The notes under the pieces are model-generated. The model worked only from the letters and a program-made list of their open reading frames with translations. It was not told where the DNA came from and made no database searches. The position numbers and the translations under genes are program-made. A stretch of 64,000 nucleotides of DNA, from positions 683,430 through 747,429 of the forward strand of contig NW_003314322.1 of the NCBI RefSeq assembly GCF_000143415.4, in the 5' to 3' direction. Shown in pieces: positions 25,218-38,400 of this stretch. Positions within the stretch are counted from its first letter, which is position 1, and each line of letters starts with the position of its first letter. This DNA comes from Selaginella moellendorffii (taxonomy: Eukaryota; Plantae; Lycopodiophyta).

Positions 25218-25844
25218 CATTGCCGAAGTCATTAATATCATCTTTCATTTGGTCTATGAATTGTGAGTGGCATTCATGGATCTCAAAGAGCTATTGACAA
25301 CTCCTCTAGTTTTGGCATATCCTAACTATAGTTGGTCTTTTATTTTGCGTATGGATGCTTCTGATATTGGTCTTGGAGGTGTGTTGATGCAAGAGAGTCT
25401 AAATGTGTCTGGTCAGCACCATCCCATTGCCGAAGTCATTAATGTCATCTTTCATTTAGTTTATGAATTGTGAGTGGCGTTCATGGATCTCAAAGAGCTA
25501 TTGACAATTCCTCTAGTTTTGGCATATCCTAACTATAGTTAGCCTTTTATTTTGCGTGTGGATGCTTCTGATATTGGTCTTGGAGGTGTGTTGATGCAAA
25601 AAAGTCTAAATGTGTCTGGTCAGCACCATCCCATTGCCAAAGTCATTAATGTCATCTTTCATTTGGTCTATGAATTGTGAGTGGCGTTCATGGATCTCAA
25701 AGAGATATTGACAACTCCTCTAGTTTTGGCATATCCTAACTATAGTTGGCCTTTTATTTTGTGTATAGATGCTTCTGATATTGGTCTTGGAGGTGTGTTG
25801 ATGCAAAAGAGTCTAAATGTGTTTGGTTAACACCATCCCATTGC
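25218..25844 (+). repeat. Tandem triplication of a 207-bp unit in the RT-RNaseH connection region
   Basis: CATTGC recurs at 25218, 25425, 25632 and 25839 (period 207); the units are highly similar. Confidence 0.95.
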
Positions 25845-27713
25845 ATACATTAATCGTACATTACAACTAATGGAGGTGAACTAGTCCACAACAGAGAAAG
25901 AGTGTTTAACAACAGTCTGGGGTTTTGAAAAACTTCATGCATATTTACATGGTTCTTGGATGTTACTAAAAAGTGATCATACTGCCGTTACTTCATTATT
26001 GAAGCGGAAAAACCTAGTTCGTTGTACTGCTCAATAGGTTTTGAAGCTTTAAATATATAATTTTAATGTTGTTCATCACTTAAGTAGTTCTATAGTTGAT
26101 GTTGATGCCCTTTCTTGAGCTCTTCTTCCTTCTTTGCTCTCTTTTCATGTTTCTAATGAGTCTATTATTCTAGTATTTGTGGATTTTTTAAACGAGGATT
26201 CTGTGCAGTCGATGGTTTTTGTACTTGATGTTCAATATCTACAAGGTGCAAAGCAAGATCTACCTTTTTATTGATGAGGTTCGCAAGGCTCAAAAAATTA
26301 AGCCATGGATTCGAAAGCTTCAAGAAGGGTTTGAGAATCCTACATCACTTGCTAATAATTTACCTTTTTGTCATTTATATTCTTAATATCGCTTTGAAGA
26401 TGGCCTTCTTTATTTTATGGGGACAGATCCTAATGATCATTTATGGCTAATGGTGCCTTCAATTTTTATTCCACAGTTTCTCCATGCTTACCATGATTCT
26501 CCTATTTTAGGTAAGCATATAGGACATCATCATGTGACTGAGAAGCTACTCAGGTCTTTCTATTGGCTAGAGATGCAATATGATGTTATCTAATATATTG
26601 CATAGCTGTGTTTGATGCGAAGCCCGTAATACTCCCCCTCGTGCTATAGAAAGATATTGCAATTTCCCATTCGTTTGAGTTGGTGATGTTTGATTTTATG
26701 GGACTTTTTCCATGATCGACTACTAGCAATAAGTATGTTATTATCACTTCTGACTACTTGATTTATTGGGTGGAAGTTGGTGCTCTTGCTAGCACCTCTA
26801 CAACTACTGTTGAATACTTAACGAGTAGACATCAGCCTTCTCGGTGAGTTAATTGGAGAGAGCGTACTCTAGAGCTAGATAGCCACTGGAAATGATCTCC
26901 TCCTCAATCATGTGATGTTTTAATATTTTTGTCTGAAGCGGATTCTTTCGGATAATAGTCTTACGTTTATGGTTGAGGTATTTTATGTTTTAACATTTTA
27001 ATTGGGGATACGCTACACTTTCACGAGTGCTTATCATCCATAGCCAGACAGCTTGGTGAAATGGCTCGTTCAGACATTCAAAAGGATGATTGCAAAATAT
27101 GTGAACTTTCAACATTCGGATTATGATGGTTATTTGCCATCTGTTCGGTATGCATATGTCACAAGGGTGTAAAGTTCTATTTGTGCTTCACTATATAAAC
27201 TCTTATATGGTTATAATCCAATATTACCAAAGGAGTTAGGTTTACCTTTGTGATTGCCACGAGTTACCAATGCTAGGTTGTGGGATCAGTATTTAACAAG
27301 CATTCTTCCACATGTCCGAGTAGAGTCTACCAAACACTTAAGCCGCATACAAGCGAGACAACAATAGCACTACAACTCCCATCATCATCCACTTGAGGAG
27401 TACAAAATGGATAACTTAGTGTTAATTCATTTTCCCTATCTTATGGTATGTGGTTTATCTAAGGGGCTTCTTGCTCAGTGGAAAAGACTATATCTGATGT
27501 TATAGCAAGTTACACCACAAGTTTCTGAAATTTGGCATGATGTTTAGCAAGCTGATCCTCTAGAAATTGTGCATATATAATAGTTAAAACGCTTTGTACA
27601 AAGGGATTAGGAACAATTGATACCACATACAGATCCACCAATGCTTCCTCTTAATGTTACTCTAGATCCTAGCCTATCTATAAGAGAACTTTGATAGTCT
27701 TCCATTATTCTGC

Positions 27714-27942
27714 GAGAGGAGGGAATGATGTGAGGTCCAAGTGTACAGCTACAATATTGTATACTAATATTAGCATAGTGGGATTTTGGTAGCTGTTAGA
27801 TTCGTTAAGCTATCTTTTGTTCTTGGATAGAGATCTTGTGCAAAAAATTATTTTGGTTTCATCTAGACCACTTGCTCATGTATATAAGCTAGGGTTTTTG
27901 GGTGAATTGATATATTCTCTTTCTATAATTTATGCACCCACA
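27714..27942 (+). repeat. Polypurine tract (GAGAGGAGGGAATGA) followed by the 3' LTR (TGTGAGG...CCCACA, 27729-~27942)
   Basis: Purine tract, then TG start and CA end; homologous to the 5' LTR. Confidence 0.8.
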
Positions 27943-28874
27943 ATACCATTTTATAATATACTTTAACTATAAAACTAACTAATAAATTCTGTTAATTTTA
28001 AAAGTCATTTTGTTGCCCATTGAAAGCATATGAAGTGCTTCAAATTGAAATACTTTACCCATTTATAAAGCCATATCTCTATCATATAATAATAAGTTTT
28101 TTACAAAGAATTATAAAATTCTCAATCCTACCTCACAAATATCAATAAAATTTAATTCTAAACTCAACAATGGATAAAATTGTTTATTTAAGAATGTTGT
28201 TAATAGAAATAATCTTTTGACTTTCAATAACATTTCTTTTGGCAAATATTATTGCTTTGTGTGGTTAATTAATTTCTTTAATCAATTTAAATTAAAAATA
28301 TATTATAAATATTTAAAGTTTTTATATAAACTTTCAAGTAATCTTTTATAAAACAACTAAATTGTTAGAAAAATTGAGAAAGATAAGTGAAATAAATACA
28401 AATAACATAATCTTTTTTTTATATAACTCTTTATTTTATTACTTGATTTTTTTCAATGATAATGTTAAATATACTTTTTAACAAATGTGAAATATTAATT
28501 ATTAATTATTATCAAAGTAATTTTATTATTTATATTTATTTTTAAATTTTTAAAATATAAATAGTTAAATCAAGTAAAATCCAATTCAAAATCACTTTAT
28601 TACCTTTATATCAAGGAAAAAAATAAATAAAAAGAGGGTGTGATTGTTTTTTTCCTTGATTTTAGGTATATGTATTTTTGATCATCAGAAGGAGAAACAA
28701 CACCACCAAATAATGATCATCCAAATCAAAATTTAATATTATTTTTGAGTAAATTTTTTAAATATATTTTATCTCAAACAATTAATAGCAAACAATATTG
28801 AAAACAAAGATGTTCTATAATGTACTAATACTTTTTTAGCTTTTGAACATAATAGTATCCTAAATGGAATTCAA

Positions 28875-30476
28875 TTAGTTAAGTTTTTTAGCCTGTAGAG
28901 TAAGAAATTGAGCTCTGGATTGTGCCTGGCTCCTCCACTGAACCATCGGAGGAGGTGGCATTCCTTGATGCTCTATCACTGTACCAATGAAACCAAAAAA
29001 ACGTCAAACGTTATTGAAGAAGAAGGCTCTTAACTGAAGCTTGCAGAAACGCTTCCCCAAACAGCAGCTTTGAGCAAATCCCTCGTCTTCCACCACCCAA
29101 TCAAAAATCCACCGCAAAATGTGTTGCCACAGCCAGTCGGGTCCACAACCCTCGAGTTACTGGCGACGTGATCGTGTTGTTCGTTGTATTCTACTTCCTG
29201 TTTTTGCTTCAACACACTGTGAAATGCGGGGACTTCCCATGTCTCACCGCTATCAGCCCTGTAGTAAAGAATAGAAAAAAAAACTTCTTCTTTTTGCATA
29301 TTTCTTCACCTGTGAGCTATACAGCCCAAGTGTCCTCGTCTTAACACCACCACCTTGAGGAAACAAAAGGAAGAGAAACTCACGAGACAAGGTGGAAACC
29401 AATGCTTACCTCGGCACCGAGCTCCGCAAGCCTGCCTATGAGTTCCATGGATGACCCCGGGCCAACCAGCGAGGCTGCCTCTTTCTCGTTTGGGGAGAAA
29501 ATGTGCCCCGCAGAGACGAGAGCCCTGCACGAAGGAGAAAAAAAAAAAAAAAAACAAGAAGGCAAAAAGGTCAGCTCTGGAAAAAAAACCCGAGAGAAGA
29601 ACCATAACTTGAGTTCTGAGCGTGTGACAATTTCTAGAGCATGCGTGTAAACCTCAACACTCACAACTTGAGCACCAGTAGATCGTAGAGAGTGAATAAA
29701 ATCCACGTCCCTGCCGCTGGGATGCACTCCGATGTGGTATGTTTTGGCTGTCCTGTCGTAAAAAAGAGAGGGACGATCGCAGTAAGATTGGTAAAGAAAC
29801 AAATGTGAAAGCCATGAAGAGAAACTGGAAGAAAAAGTTGGATGCTTCACTGGTATGGAGGTGGGAGTCTCTCGATTGGTGTTTTGAGCATGTCCCAGAC
29901 ATCATCTCCCATATTGACTCTCCAAACCTTAAACTTTCTTTTGAGAAAAAATGGAAGAAAAATAAAAGAGAGCTAAGAGTACCTGTGTTCTTCGGCCATC
30001 TTCCTCCAAGATCTAGACAGCAAATGCCAAAAACAAATAAGAAAAATCAACGAAGAGAGGAACGTTTTCTTTGTGTTTAACCTGCCAAGCTCGAAGGGTT
30101 GGAGACTCCCATTCCAAAAGTCCAGAGGTGTCGATTCCCATATTCTCGAGCCATTCTCGACAAGCTCCAGGAAAATCCGATCCAATCCCAGCTGCTAAAC
30201 CGATTCTGTTTCACAGGAAACACACACAAAGAGTTGAGAAGAAAGATGGAAAGAGGAAATTTTTTTTCTTCTACTACCTCTTGTCTTGAGGAGTCCACAC
30301 TTGTGCTCCAAATGCAGTTTGTGGACCTGCGAGAAAGAAAAAAAAATCTAAGCAAAGATTTCTTGATTCTCGTCCGCCAAACCTCCACCGCCAAGCAGCG
30401 CCATCGCTGTTCGCCCATCCGGGTAGACAATGTCGTCCACTATGATCGTGAACGTCACCATCTCCAGCTCCGCCAT
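28875..30476 (-). CDS. PfkB/ribokinase-family carbohydrate kinase, multi-exon
   Basis: N-terminus MAELEMVTFTIIVDDIVYPDGRT...LGGGG|PQTAFG; HIFSPNEKEA; signature VVDPTGCGNTFCGGF; last exon IEHQGMPPP...KKLN*. Confidence 0.9.
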
Positions 30477-30763
30477 GGAGTTGGAGCTTCTCGCCCTAAT
30501 CGCCAGGTGCTCTGTTTCTAGGTCAAGAATCCAGCCTCGCGAGATCGGCAAATCCAGCTCGTGGGTCTTGCGATCGAGCGCATTGGGTTGCCCGATCGCC
30601 AGCCCGATCGCAAAACCACTCGCAATCGCAGAGCTCCCGCGTTTCGCTCAATCAAGCCCAACAATCAAGTCGCTCGAAACTAAGCTCTCTCTCATTCTCA
30701 GGGCAAAACAACATAGCGATTGGTAGATAGATTGGGAGAGATCGAGGAGGGAGATTGTCGATC

Positions 30764-31464
30764 ATGAGCTACGTGCACCCAGTCGTGGGCGTTCCTCCAC
30801 CGGCATTCAATGTGGTGGCGCCGTCCACCGCGGGCACCAAAGATTTGCAGGGAATGCCAGGCACGGCGGGGAGCCTGGCGCTGCGAGTCCTCCAGTTTGG
30901 ATTCGCCGCCATCGCTCTCAGCGTCATGGCCTCCATCAGCGATTTCCAGACCGTCACAGCCTTCTGGTAAGTTTTTGCTGGATCCTCGTCTCGCATTTGG
31001 GCTGGATTGATCATCGCTCATTGCTCTAGCTTGGAAAGATGGAGCTCGCTTTGATCCATTTGCTTGCCTCGCAGCTACTTGGTCGTAGGGACCGGACTCC
31101 AGAGCTTGTGGAGCTTGTCCATGGCAGCGCTGGATGGCTACGCGCTCCTTCTCAAGCGAAGCATTCGAAGATCATCGCTCGTCACGCTTTTCGCCGTGGG
31201 TGACTGGGTAAGATGAGGTTATATCTGTGTGTCTTTTTTTGTTCTTCCGGTGTTCACGGGACTATTGATCAGCTCTGTGCCACTCTCACGCTCGCCGCCG
31301 GATGCTCCACCGCTGGAATCACTGTGTTGCTGGCCAGAGACTTGGATCAATGTGGCCCCAACGACTGCAGCAAGCTCCAAGCGTCGGTGGCGCTCACTTT
31401 TCTCGCATGGTTCTTATCCTCGTGCTCCTTTTTCTTCTCGTTTTGGGTCATGGCCACAAGCTAA
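30764..31464 (+). CDS. CASP-like (CASPL5-type) four-transmembrane protein, 3 exons
   Basis: [20 protein letters not shown]...SVMAS..DF..VTAF|YLV...LQSLWS...GDW|...[12 protein letters not shown]...[14 protein letters not shown]. Confidence 0.9.
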
Positions 31465-31639
31465 AGTTCTCGCTCTGTTTTTTTTTTTTCTCTCATTCTC
31501 TGCTCAAGCCCGTTCTTCCAAAGCTTTTTCAAGATCTTTAGTGTAAAATCCTCTAATTTGATACAACAATACAAATACATACCACTGGCAATATATAGTC
31601 GAGTTGCCTCTCTCGCTCTCTTGGTTCTTCGCGACGATC

Positions 31640-34600
31640 TCACGCGACGATGGACCAGTCCGTGAACATAAAAGCAATGCACACGACCGCGCCATCGTCG
31701 TCGAAAACCTTCCAGGCCATTGCTCGATCGTAAGTCACAGGGTGGCCTTTGCTGGACAGACGTATCCCACCATGGAGATACGCATACCCCTGCGGACAAC
31801 AAAACCGAAATGATAAGCAACAAGGATGGACAACGGAAAATCGAGAGAAACGCGTCGAACGAACGACACTCACCTGATGGATGACTTGCGCAAAGTCGGA
31901 GTAAGCCGTCTCTCTTCCTGTTGCATCGAATGTGCGCTCGTAAGGAAGGCTGTGCAGATCACGCCAAGTGGTTTCCATCATTTCCAGTCCGGCTCTGTTG
32001 GCGAATATAAACTCCGGTATCGCCTGTTTCACATCAACACAAGCTGAGACCATCCGTAACTAGTCTTGAAAGACAGGCTTTGTAACTCACCTTCCAAGTG
32101 CAGCAAAGGATTGCGTTCTTGTCGTGCCAGAACGCATCGGTGCTCTCCGGTTGGGATTCATTGAACTCCACGTTGAAACTCGCCCTGCAACGTTGCAAGC
32201 CAAGGTTTTAGCGGGAGAACGTTAAAAAACTACGGACGAAGATGTGATGTTTTACCTGTAGCTACGCATTATCTGGAGGGCAAAGATTTTGGCCTCCTGC
32301 TGCTTCGGGCCTTGCTGTGGAGGAGACAGGCGGTACGAAGCCAGCGCCATGGCAATGCTCTGGACGGAAACCATGACGTTTCGGACGTACTGTCGAGCAC
32401 TGGCGATTATCTCCTCACGGTTGTGAGCTTCAAACACGAACTGAAAGGCCATGGTCAAGACGGAGCGCATGTTGCCTCCTGAACCAGAAAAATCGTCGGG
32501 AAACTTTCCGCCGTCAGCACTCCCTTCGAGTGTCGAAGTGAGATCTAGAGTGCGAGACAAGGCCGACGCATCCTGCAAGACAATGCTCGTCAGTCACCAA
32601 GAAACTAAACCGAGGAACACCTACAAGGCCGTTGTCAAGGGGAATAACTCGAAATCCCGACGGAAGAAGGGGGATATCGTTCGAAACAGCTGGATCAACC
32701 GGTGCAAACACAAGCTGAGCACACGTCCCAGATGCAGTGTCTTCGTATCCAGTACATAACTGCATCCAAGTTTATTATATCACGTCTCAGATAAGTTATT
32801 CGCCCGTATACCTGGAGAAGGACCGTGTCTTTTGGGAGCATTCCGTTCCCATATCCTTCCATCTTGATAACCTCCAGCAGCTGTATGACGCAATCATAAT
32901 TATAAGCGCCACAGTTCTCTAATGCATAACCAGTACCTCTGGAAAAAGACACTCCTCATCAGCATTCCCTTTCGACGTACCGTATCCACCAATCTTTAAA
33001 GTAGATACGGAGTCCGAGGCAATGTTAACTCCAGCCCACTCTGAGCGGTGCTCACGCAAGAAGCGAATCAGCGTGGCCGCGGGCACATTCTGCAGTAAAG
33101 GAATTCAGAGTCGGATGAAGGAAAAGACAAAAACACGATTAGACCTGTAGAAGCATGGATGACTTAGCACACAAGATGCCACCGAATGCACAGAACCTAT
33201 CACCGCCCTGAGCACCAGCAGCTTTTGCACCCAGTGCCGTATTGATTGAGATTGTAACATCATCGCCACCATCAGAAGTCCAGCCATCTTCTGCGAAGGC
33301 GTTAACTGCATCGTTAAATCCCCTGCATATACGACTCAATGTGAGTATCTTTTCCGTTGTGGCAGCACCTCACCTTGCAATGCGGTGACTAAATGCACGT
33401 AAAGCAGCTGGCTGTTGCCCGCCTCTCATCAACACTTCACCGGACGACTCTTGCGAAATCCGCTTCAGATGGTGCAAAGCCTGTTTGAGAAGATGAGACA
33501 TTGCTTGAAGACTACCAACACATTACCCCGAGAGTAACTCGCTGAGCAAGGATGACGGACGACTCGTACAAAGGTCGCAGCACTTCCAGCACTTTCCACG
33601 ACTGAAACAAGAGAATTCATCAACCGTAAACACAAACAATCTACACTACCTCCAAATCCCAATGGTCAACAACGTGGATGCTGGAGACACCACCCTCATA
33701 AGGCCTGATGAGAAATCCACTTGGCAACATCTCTGCCCTCTCAAAGTCGCCATTTTTAATAGCTGGTTTGTTGTGAATGCCAGTTAGCGATCTCTCACAA
33801 ACCTGCAAGAAAAATTACAACTAATTCCCGAGAGCATTAACAAAGTTTTGACATACAGCTAAACTCCTGTCCTCAAGAAAGATGGTATATCGCAACGTCC
33901 AAAAGTCGCGCGCAGGAGCTAGCGTTGTGGGAGCATACATCTGCAAGATCAGGTATATTTGAGCGCAAAGCACTGCCAGTCGCCGCCTTACCTGAGTGTA
34001 GACAAGTTCTAGAGTCCCACCATTTGGAGTAGGAAACGATCCCACAACTTCCAAACGACGACAGTCCCACAGCCAAGAGGGACGATCTTTCAGTATTTCC
34101 GCGACCTGTACATGCATATCCATGTCAAAAAAACACAATAGCATGGAAAACATTACCCTGATGGGCTCCAACTCTACTAAACCCCAAGCGCGAGCAGCTA
34201 TACCAGCACCAGCATGTGAAATGGCTGCAGTGCCAATTGAATCCGGACCAGGCTGCAAGAAAAAAAGTCGAGTTGTCAGACACGAGTTATCCGCTGGAAA
34301 GGAAGAAAAGGAGAAAAACGCATGCCTTCATCCCAGGAATCTGGATCCAGTCCACCGCAGTTCCTGTTGCCTTTGCAAGAAATGAGTTCAAAGTCTCCTC
34401 TGCAATGCTCAACAGTCTGCAAACCAGACAAAACACCTCGAGATAAACGACCAGCTTTTTCCAAGTATTCTCACCCAGCGGGGCTTGAATCTCGTGGACT
34501 CTGAGGTGTAATTGCTAAATGTTGAGGCACTCCTCCAGTAACCTCCGAATCGGGGCTTCTGTCAGCCAAAGCCAACGCTGACTGCTCACACACACACACA

Positions 34601-35410
34601 ACAAACGGACACATCCAGGAAACAAACGTTACGTAAGCTCTTTAAAAAAACAAAGCACCACCTTCATGAATATCAAATCTCTCACCCAGATGCTCTCACT
34701 CACCTGATCATTAAATCGGTCAGCAGCCGCGGCGGACTTTTTATCAGGATCCGCGGCGCCACCACCACTTCGGATCTGCTGGAGCTGCTGACGGAGGCAC
34801 TGATTCTCCAGAGCCAGCTGCGAGCTGTGCTTCGTAAGTCGCTCGTTTTCCTCCATTATAATCTTGTTCATGGCCGTGAGCGACGAATTCACGCTTTGGA
34901 GACGAGACGTCTCTTTTCTCTGCTTCTCACGGCATCTGAAACAACACCAAGGGGAGAGGAAAAGTTAAAAAATGGAAAAGCGAAACAGCACTAGAGAACA
35001 GTGTTCAAACAAAGCATAAAAAAGGTTCTAGCGAGAGTCAATAACATCTGGCTTGAAAGATTGCTGCTGAGAGCGACAACAAGTATCCAATCCAACCCAC
35101 AAAGGAAAACTTCCTCTCACGCATCACCAATCTCACACTCAAGTTCTAGAGCAGCCAATCTCACACCAAGTTCTAGAGCAACACCAAAGCTCCTACGTAA
35201 GATGGAAACATACCTTCTATTCTGGAACCACACTTTGATCTGCCTGGGCTCAATGTTGCCAAGAACCGGGTAGTCCCTCACAATCTGCTGCCTCCGGATG
35301 GAGCTGGGCTTGGGACACTCATGGTAGACGCGCTCCAATGCCTCCACCTGTTCGGGAGTGTAGCGGATGTACTTGCCGGTGTCGAAATCGCTCTTGTCTT
35401 TCACCTTCAT
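31640..35410 (-). CDS. Class III HD-ZIP transcription factor (homeodomain, leucine zipper, START, MEKHLA), ~17-18 exons
   Basis: DTGKYIRYTPEQVEALER...IEPRQIKVWFQNRR; LTAMNKIIMEENERL; WIQIPGMK|PGPDSIG; MYAPTTLAPARDFWTLRYT; SRTLDL; MEKHLA FANRAGLEMMETT...FMFTDWS. Confidence 0.97.
34243..34336 (-). promoter_or_regulatory. miR165/166 target site, formed only after splicing (34336-34326 joined to 34252-34243)
   Basis: Spliced sequence CTGGGATGAAG|CCTGGTCCGG is the canonical HD-ZIP III site complementary to miR166. Confidence 0.93.
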
Positions 35411-38400
35411 CCTTGCAAAAGCGCCCTTGGCGCTCGCGGCTAGTACACGAGGAGACGAAGAAGAAACGCGCTGGAAAGGAAGGAGGAGAATCTTTCAGCA
35501 CGCCCAGCCAAGGACGCCTGGATGGCCTCTACATGCTGCGCGCTATCAAGCGGCCCGGCGAGCGAGAGAGCGGACGAAGAGCAAGCCCGGGCAGCGCGCC
35601 GCCATGGAAATATTTCGGCCTTTATCGATCGATGCCAGACTCCCTGCAATGCAGCTCCCGGCGCGTGGATCTTGGAGCGAGGAGGCCGCGGCTGAGCAGC
35701 AGCGATGCAGAGGATGGAATGCCGCCCGGGCGAGCAAGAAAGAGCCAAGCCAAACCAAGGATCGCTGCGCGCGCTCGAAATATCTCTCCGCCCTGGCGCG
35801 GCCGATCGATTCGCGCTTGGAAAGATCAGAGGAAGTGTATCTTGGAGCTGAATCTTAGAGCGCCGCTCGTCATGATAGCAGATCCAGCGACATCCTCTTA
35901 AAAACAAGAAAGAAGAAACAGTGATCTATGATCCAAGATGCGAGAAGCGCACAAAGGGAGAGAGGCAACAAGGGGAGCGCAGTGGGGCAAAAATGCGAAG
36001 AACACGCGGAGGAGCGAACAAGAACATTAGAGAGAGAGCTATAGCTATGGCCGACGATGCCACGCCATGCCTCGGACATACGGCCGCCATACGCGAGTCA
36101 CATGCATACATGATCATCCTGCATACGTATATTTAACTATTAAAAGTGCGTGTACGGAGGGATACGCGTGGAATAAAATAAGCAAAAAATAACTGCTAGG
36201 GCTTCGGTTAAGTAAGCCGCCGGACCAGTTAAGTAAAACACCGGCGCGCTAACGTTTGTCCTAAACAAAACCCGGAGATTAGGATTAAGATGATAATGTC
36301 CGTACCCCCGCGCGACAGGGACCGTACATGGACCCCGAATAAAAACTTTGTTCTGTTGCTGCTGCTGCTGCTGGTCCTGGCACTTTCATTGAATGTCGTG
36401 TCGAATCCATTCCTTCTCGCGTATGATCCATCCATCCATTGCTTAACAAATCGTTTTTTACGAGTAAAGAAACTTGCAAATTCGATCGCCCAAATCCCAT
36501 ACTTTCGATCAGGTTAGAAAAACCCAGGATTTATCTCTGTGCCTTTCGCGTGTGGATGGATCCTCTGCCGAATTCAATGCCCAAGGAGGAAGTGTTCTTC
36601 AGAGGCGCGATTTGGGCTGACCGAGTAGCAGCAATTGCAGTAGCAGCAGCAGCGCTAGCAGCAGCGAGAGAAAATTCCAAATGCCATGGGATGGATCCAA
36701 TCAATTCAACCAACTTGATTGCCGGGATAGGAACTCGTTGTCACCGTCTCGCAACTTAAAGCACTGCTTAATTGTTGCTTCATCCATCCATCCTCTTCGC
36801 CTCCTCTCTGTGGATCTCGGACGAAGGGCTCGCTCCTCTGCGCTCGCTTTGACCCCGCGGGCGAAGAACTCGGAGCAGGAAAGAAACCGGTGGATGGAAA
36901 CAGGGATTTTGATTGATTGACTGATTTCGATTGCCGTGTCTTTGTGTAGTGTTCTTGGTCTGGATCCGCCCCTTGCTCGCTAAAGATTTCTAGGCACAAC
37001 GATTAGACGTGTAGCTCGCACCAGTATAGCGAGCATGAGCTCACACACACAAAGACCCTCTCTCCAGTCGATCGCTATCGCCATCGCTCCTGCCTAGGAG
37101 GCGTCTCTTTCGTATCAGTTCCACAGTTTTCTTCTTCCTCCTCCTCGCACAAGAGATAAATCCCATCCACACTTTCGTAGCCCAGCAAGTAGAAAGACCG
37201 AAAACGAAAAAGTTCGATCTCATTCGAGCTACACAGCTACGACGACCTCCCGCGAGCGAACGAGCGAGCGAGCGATCTGCTCGACGCTACTCATAATCCT
37301 ACCGCCCGTACAACGACGTCGCGGAAGAAAATCTCTCCGCAACTGTGATTGATTCTACGTTAAGACCGGCGTACAATCCTTTGATCTTCCGTTCGAGCGA
37401 GTAAAAGAACTTATAGCGTAGACTCATACTTGTGTGTGTGTGTGGGGGGGGGGCTGATGCGTAGCTCGTAGAGCCCTAGTAGCGAAATCTTTGTTGTTGA
37501 CTTGTGCCGCTAGAAATCTTTAATTCGCTCGAGAGATGGGGGAGCGGCAGATCATCGAAATCCATGCGTTTGCGTTGGGTTCCCAGTGTTCTCACCCCCT
37601 GGCCAGCCATTGGCACCACTGTACGGAAGAGCGCACTTTTTCATTGTCCGCCACCTTTGCGCCCGTGATTGCTGTCTCTTTAGTTTTTTGGCACCGCCTT
37701 GCCTGGCATGCTGGAGTTGCGTATGATTTTTCCCATGAATTGCTTACCTCGGGGGGGCTTAGATCCTGCCGAGAGCTCCAGGTTTGAATGGATCGAGGGC
37801 GCTCTAAGTTTACAAATTGTTTAGAGAGTGTGTGTGATGTGTGAGTGACAAGCAGTGGGGGGCATCTTGGGAAGAGGGGAAGGGGGCCGCCCAGCAAGCA
37901 CCAAAAGAAAAAGGGCGACTGGATTTGCCCCTGCCGCGGCTTGCCAGCTTAATGTATCTAGTCGCAATGGGGGCATCTCAATCATCTGTGCAGCGTCCGT
38001 ACGCCTAAGCGTGCTTTCTCTCCTTTTCCTGAGATCCGAGCTCCCAACGAGACTCTCAGTCCACTCTGTGTGTGTGTGTGTGTGTGTGTGATAGCTCAGT
38101 CTGTCTGGCAAGAAAGAGAATTTTATTTTATTTTATTTTTTGTTTAACTGTTTTTTTGGCATTTTCTTGCTTTTTTAATTTTTAGCCTTTTGTTTTTTCT
38201 TGCAGAAAAGGCAAAAATCTGCTCTGCCTGGGGCGGCTCCAGGCCTACTGAATCTCCAAGGAGGATCGCCAGCCCACGCGGCGTACGAAACGGCATGGCA
38301 CAAATGCGCCACATGGCCCATGGCGGGCAGACAGAGATCCTGCGTCGACGTCACGGATGCGTGGGTGGTATCCTGCGGCGCCCTAAAAGCATATGCTATG

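Larger units (their letters stand above)
21501..27942 (+). mobile_element. Degenerate Ty3/gypsy LTR retrotransposon (gag-PR-RT-RNaseH-INT, many stops and frameshifts)
   Basis: Zinc knuckle C*VCDEIGHTY*CC at ~22672; protease-like FVDISSS at ~23910; RT LDLAS.Y.Q and FIDDVLI at ~24720-24930; RNase H DASDIGLGGVLMQ; integrase HDS...H, LSDN, AYHP. Integrase follows RNase H (gypsy order). Two related LTRs, PBS and PPT present. Confidence 0.92.

Noticed and set aside
25218-25844. Regular repeat considered as a CRISPR array or satellite
   Set aside because: No unique spacers; eukaryotic context; the unit is retrotransposon pol sequence.
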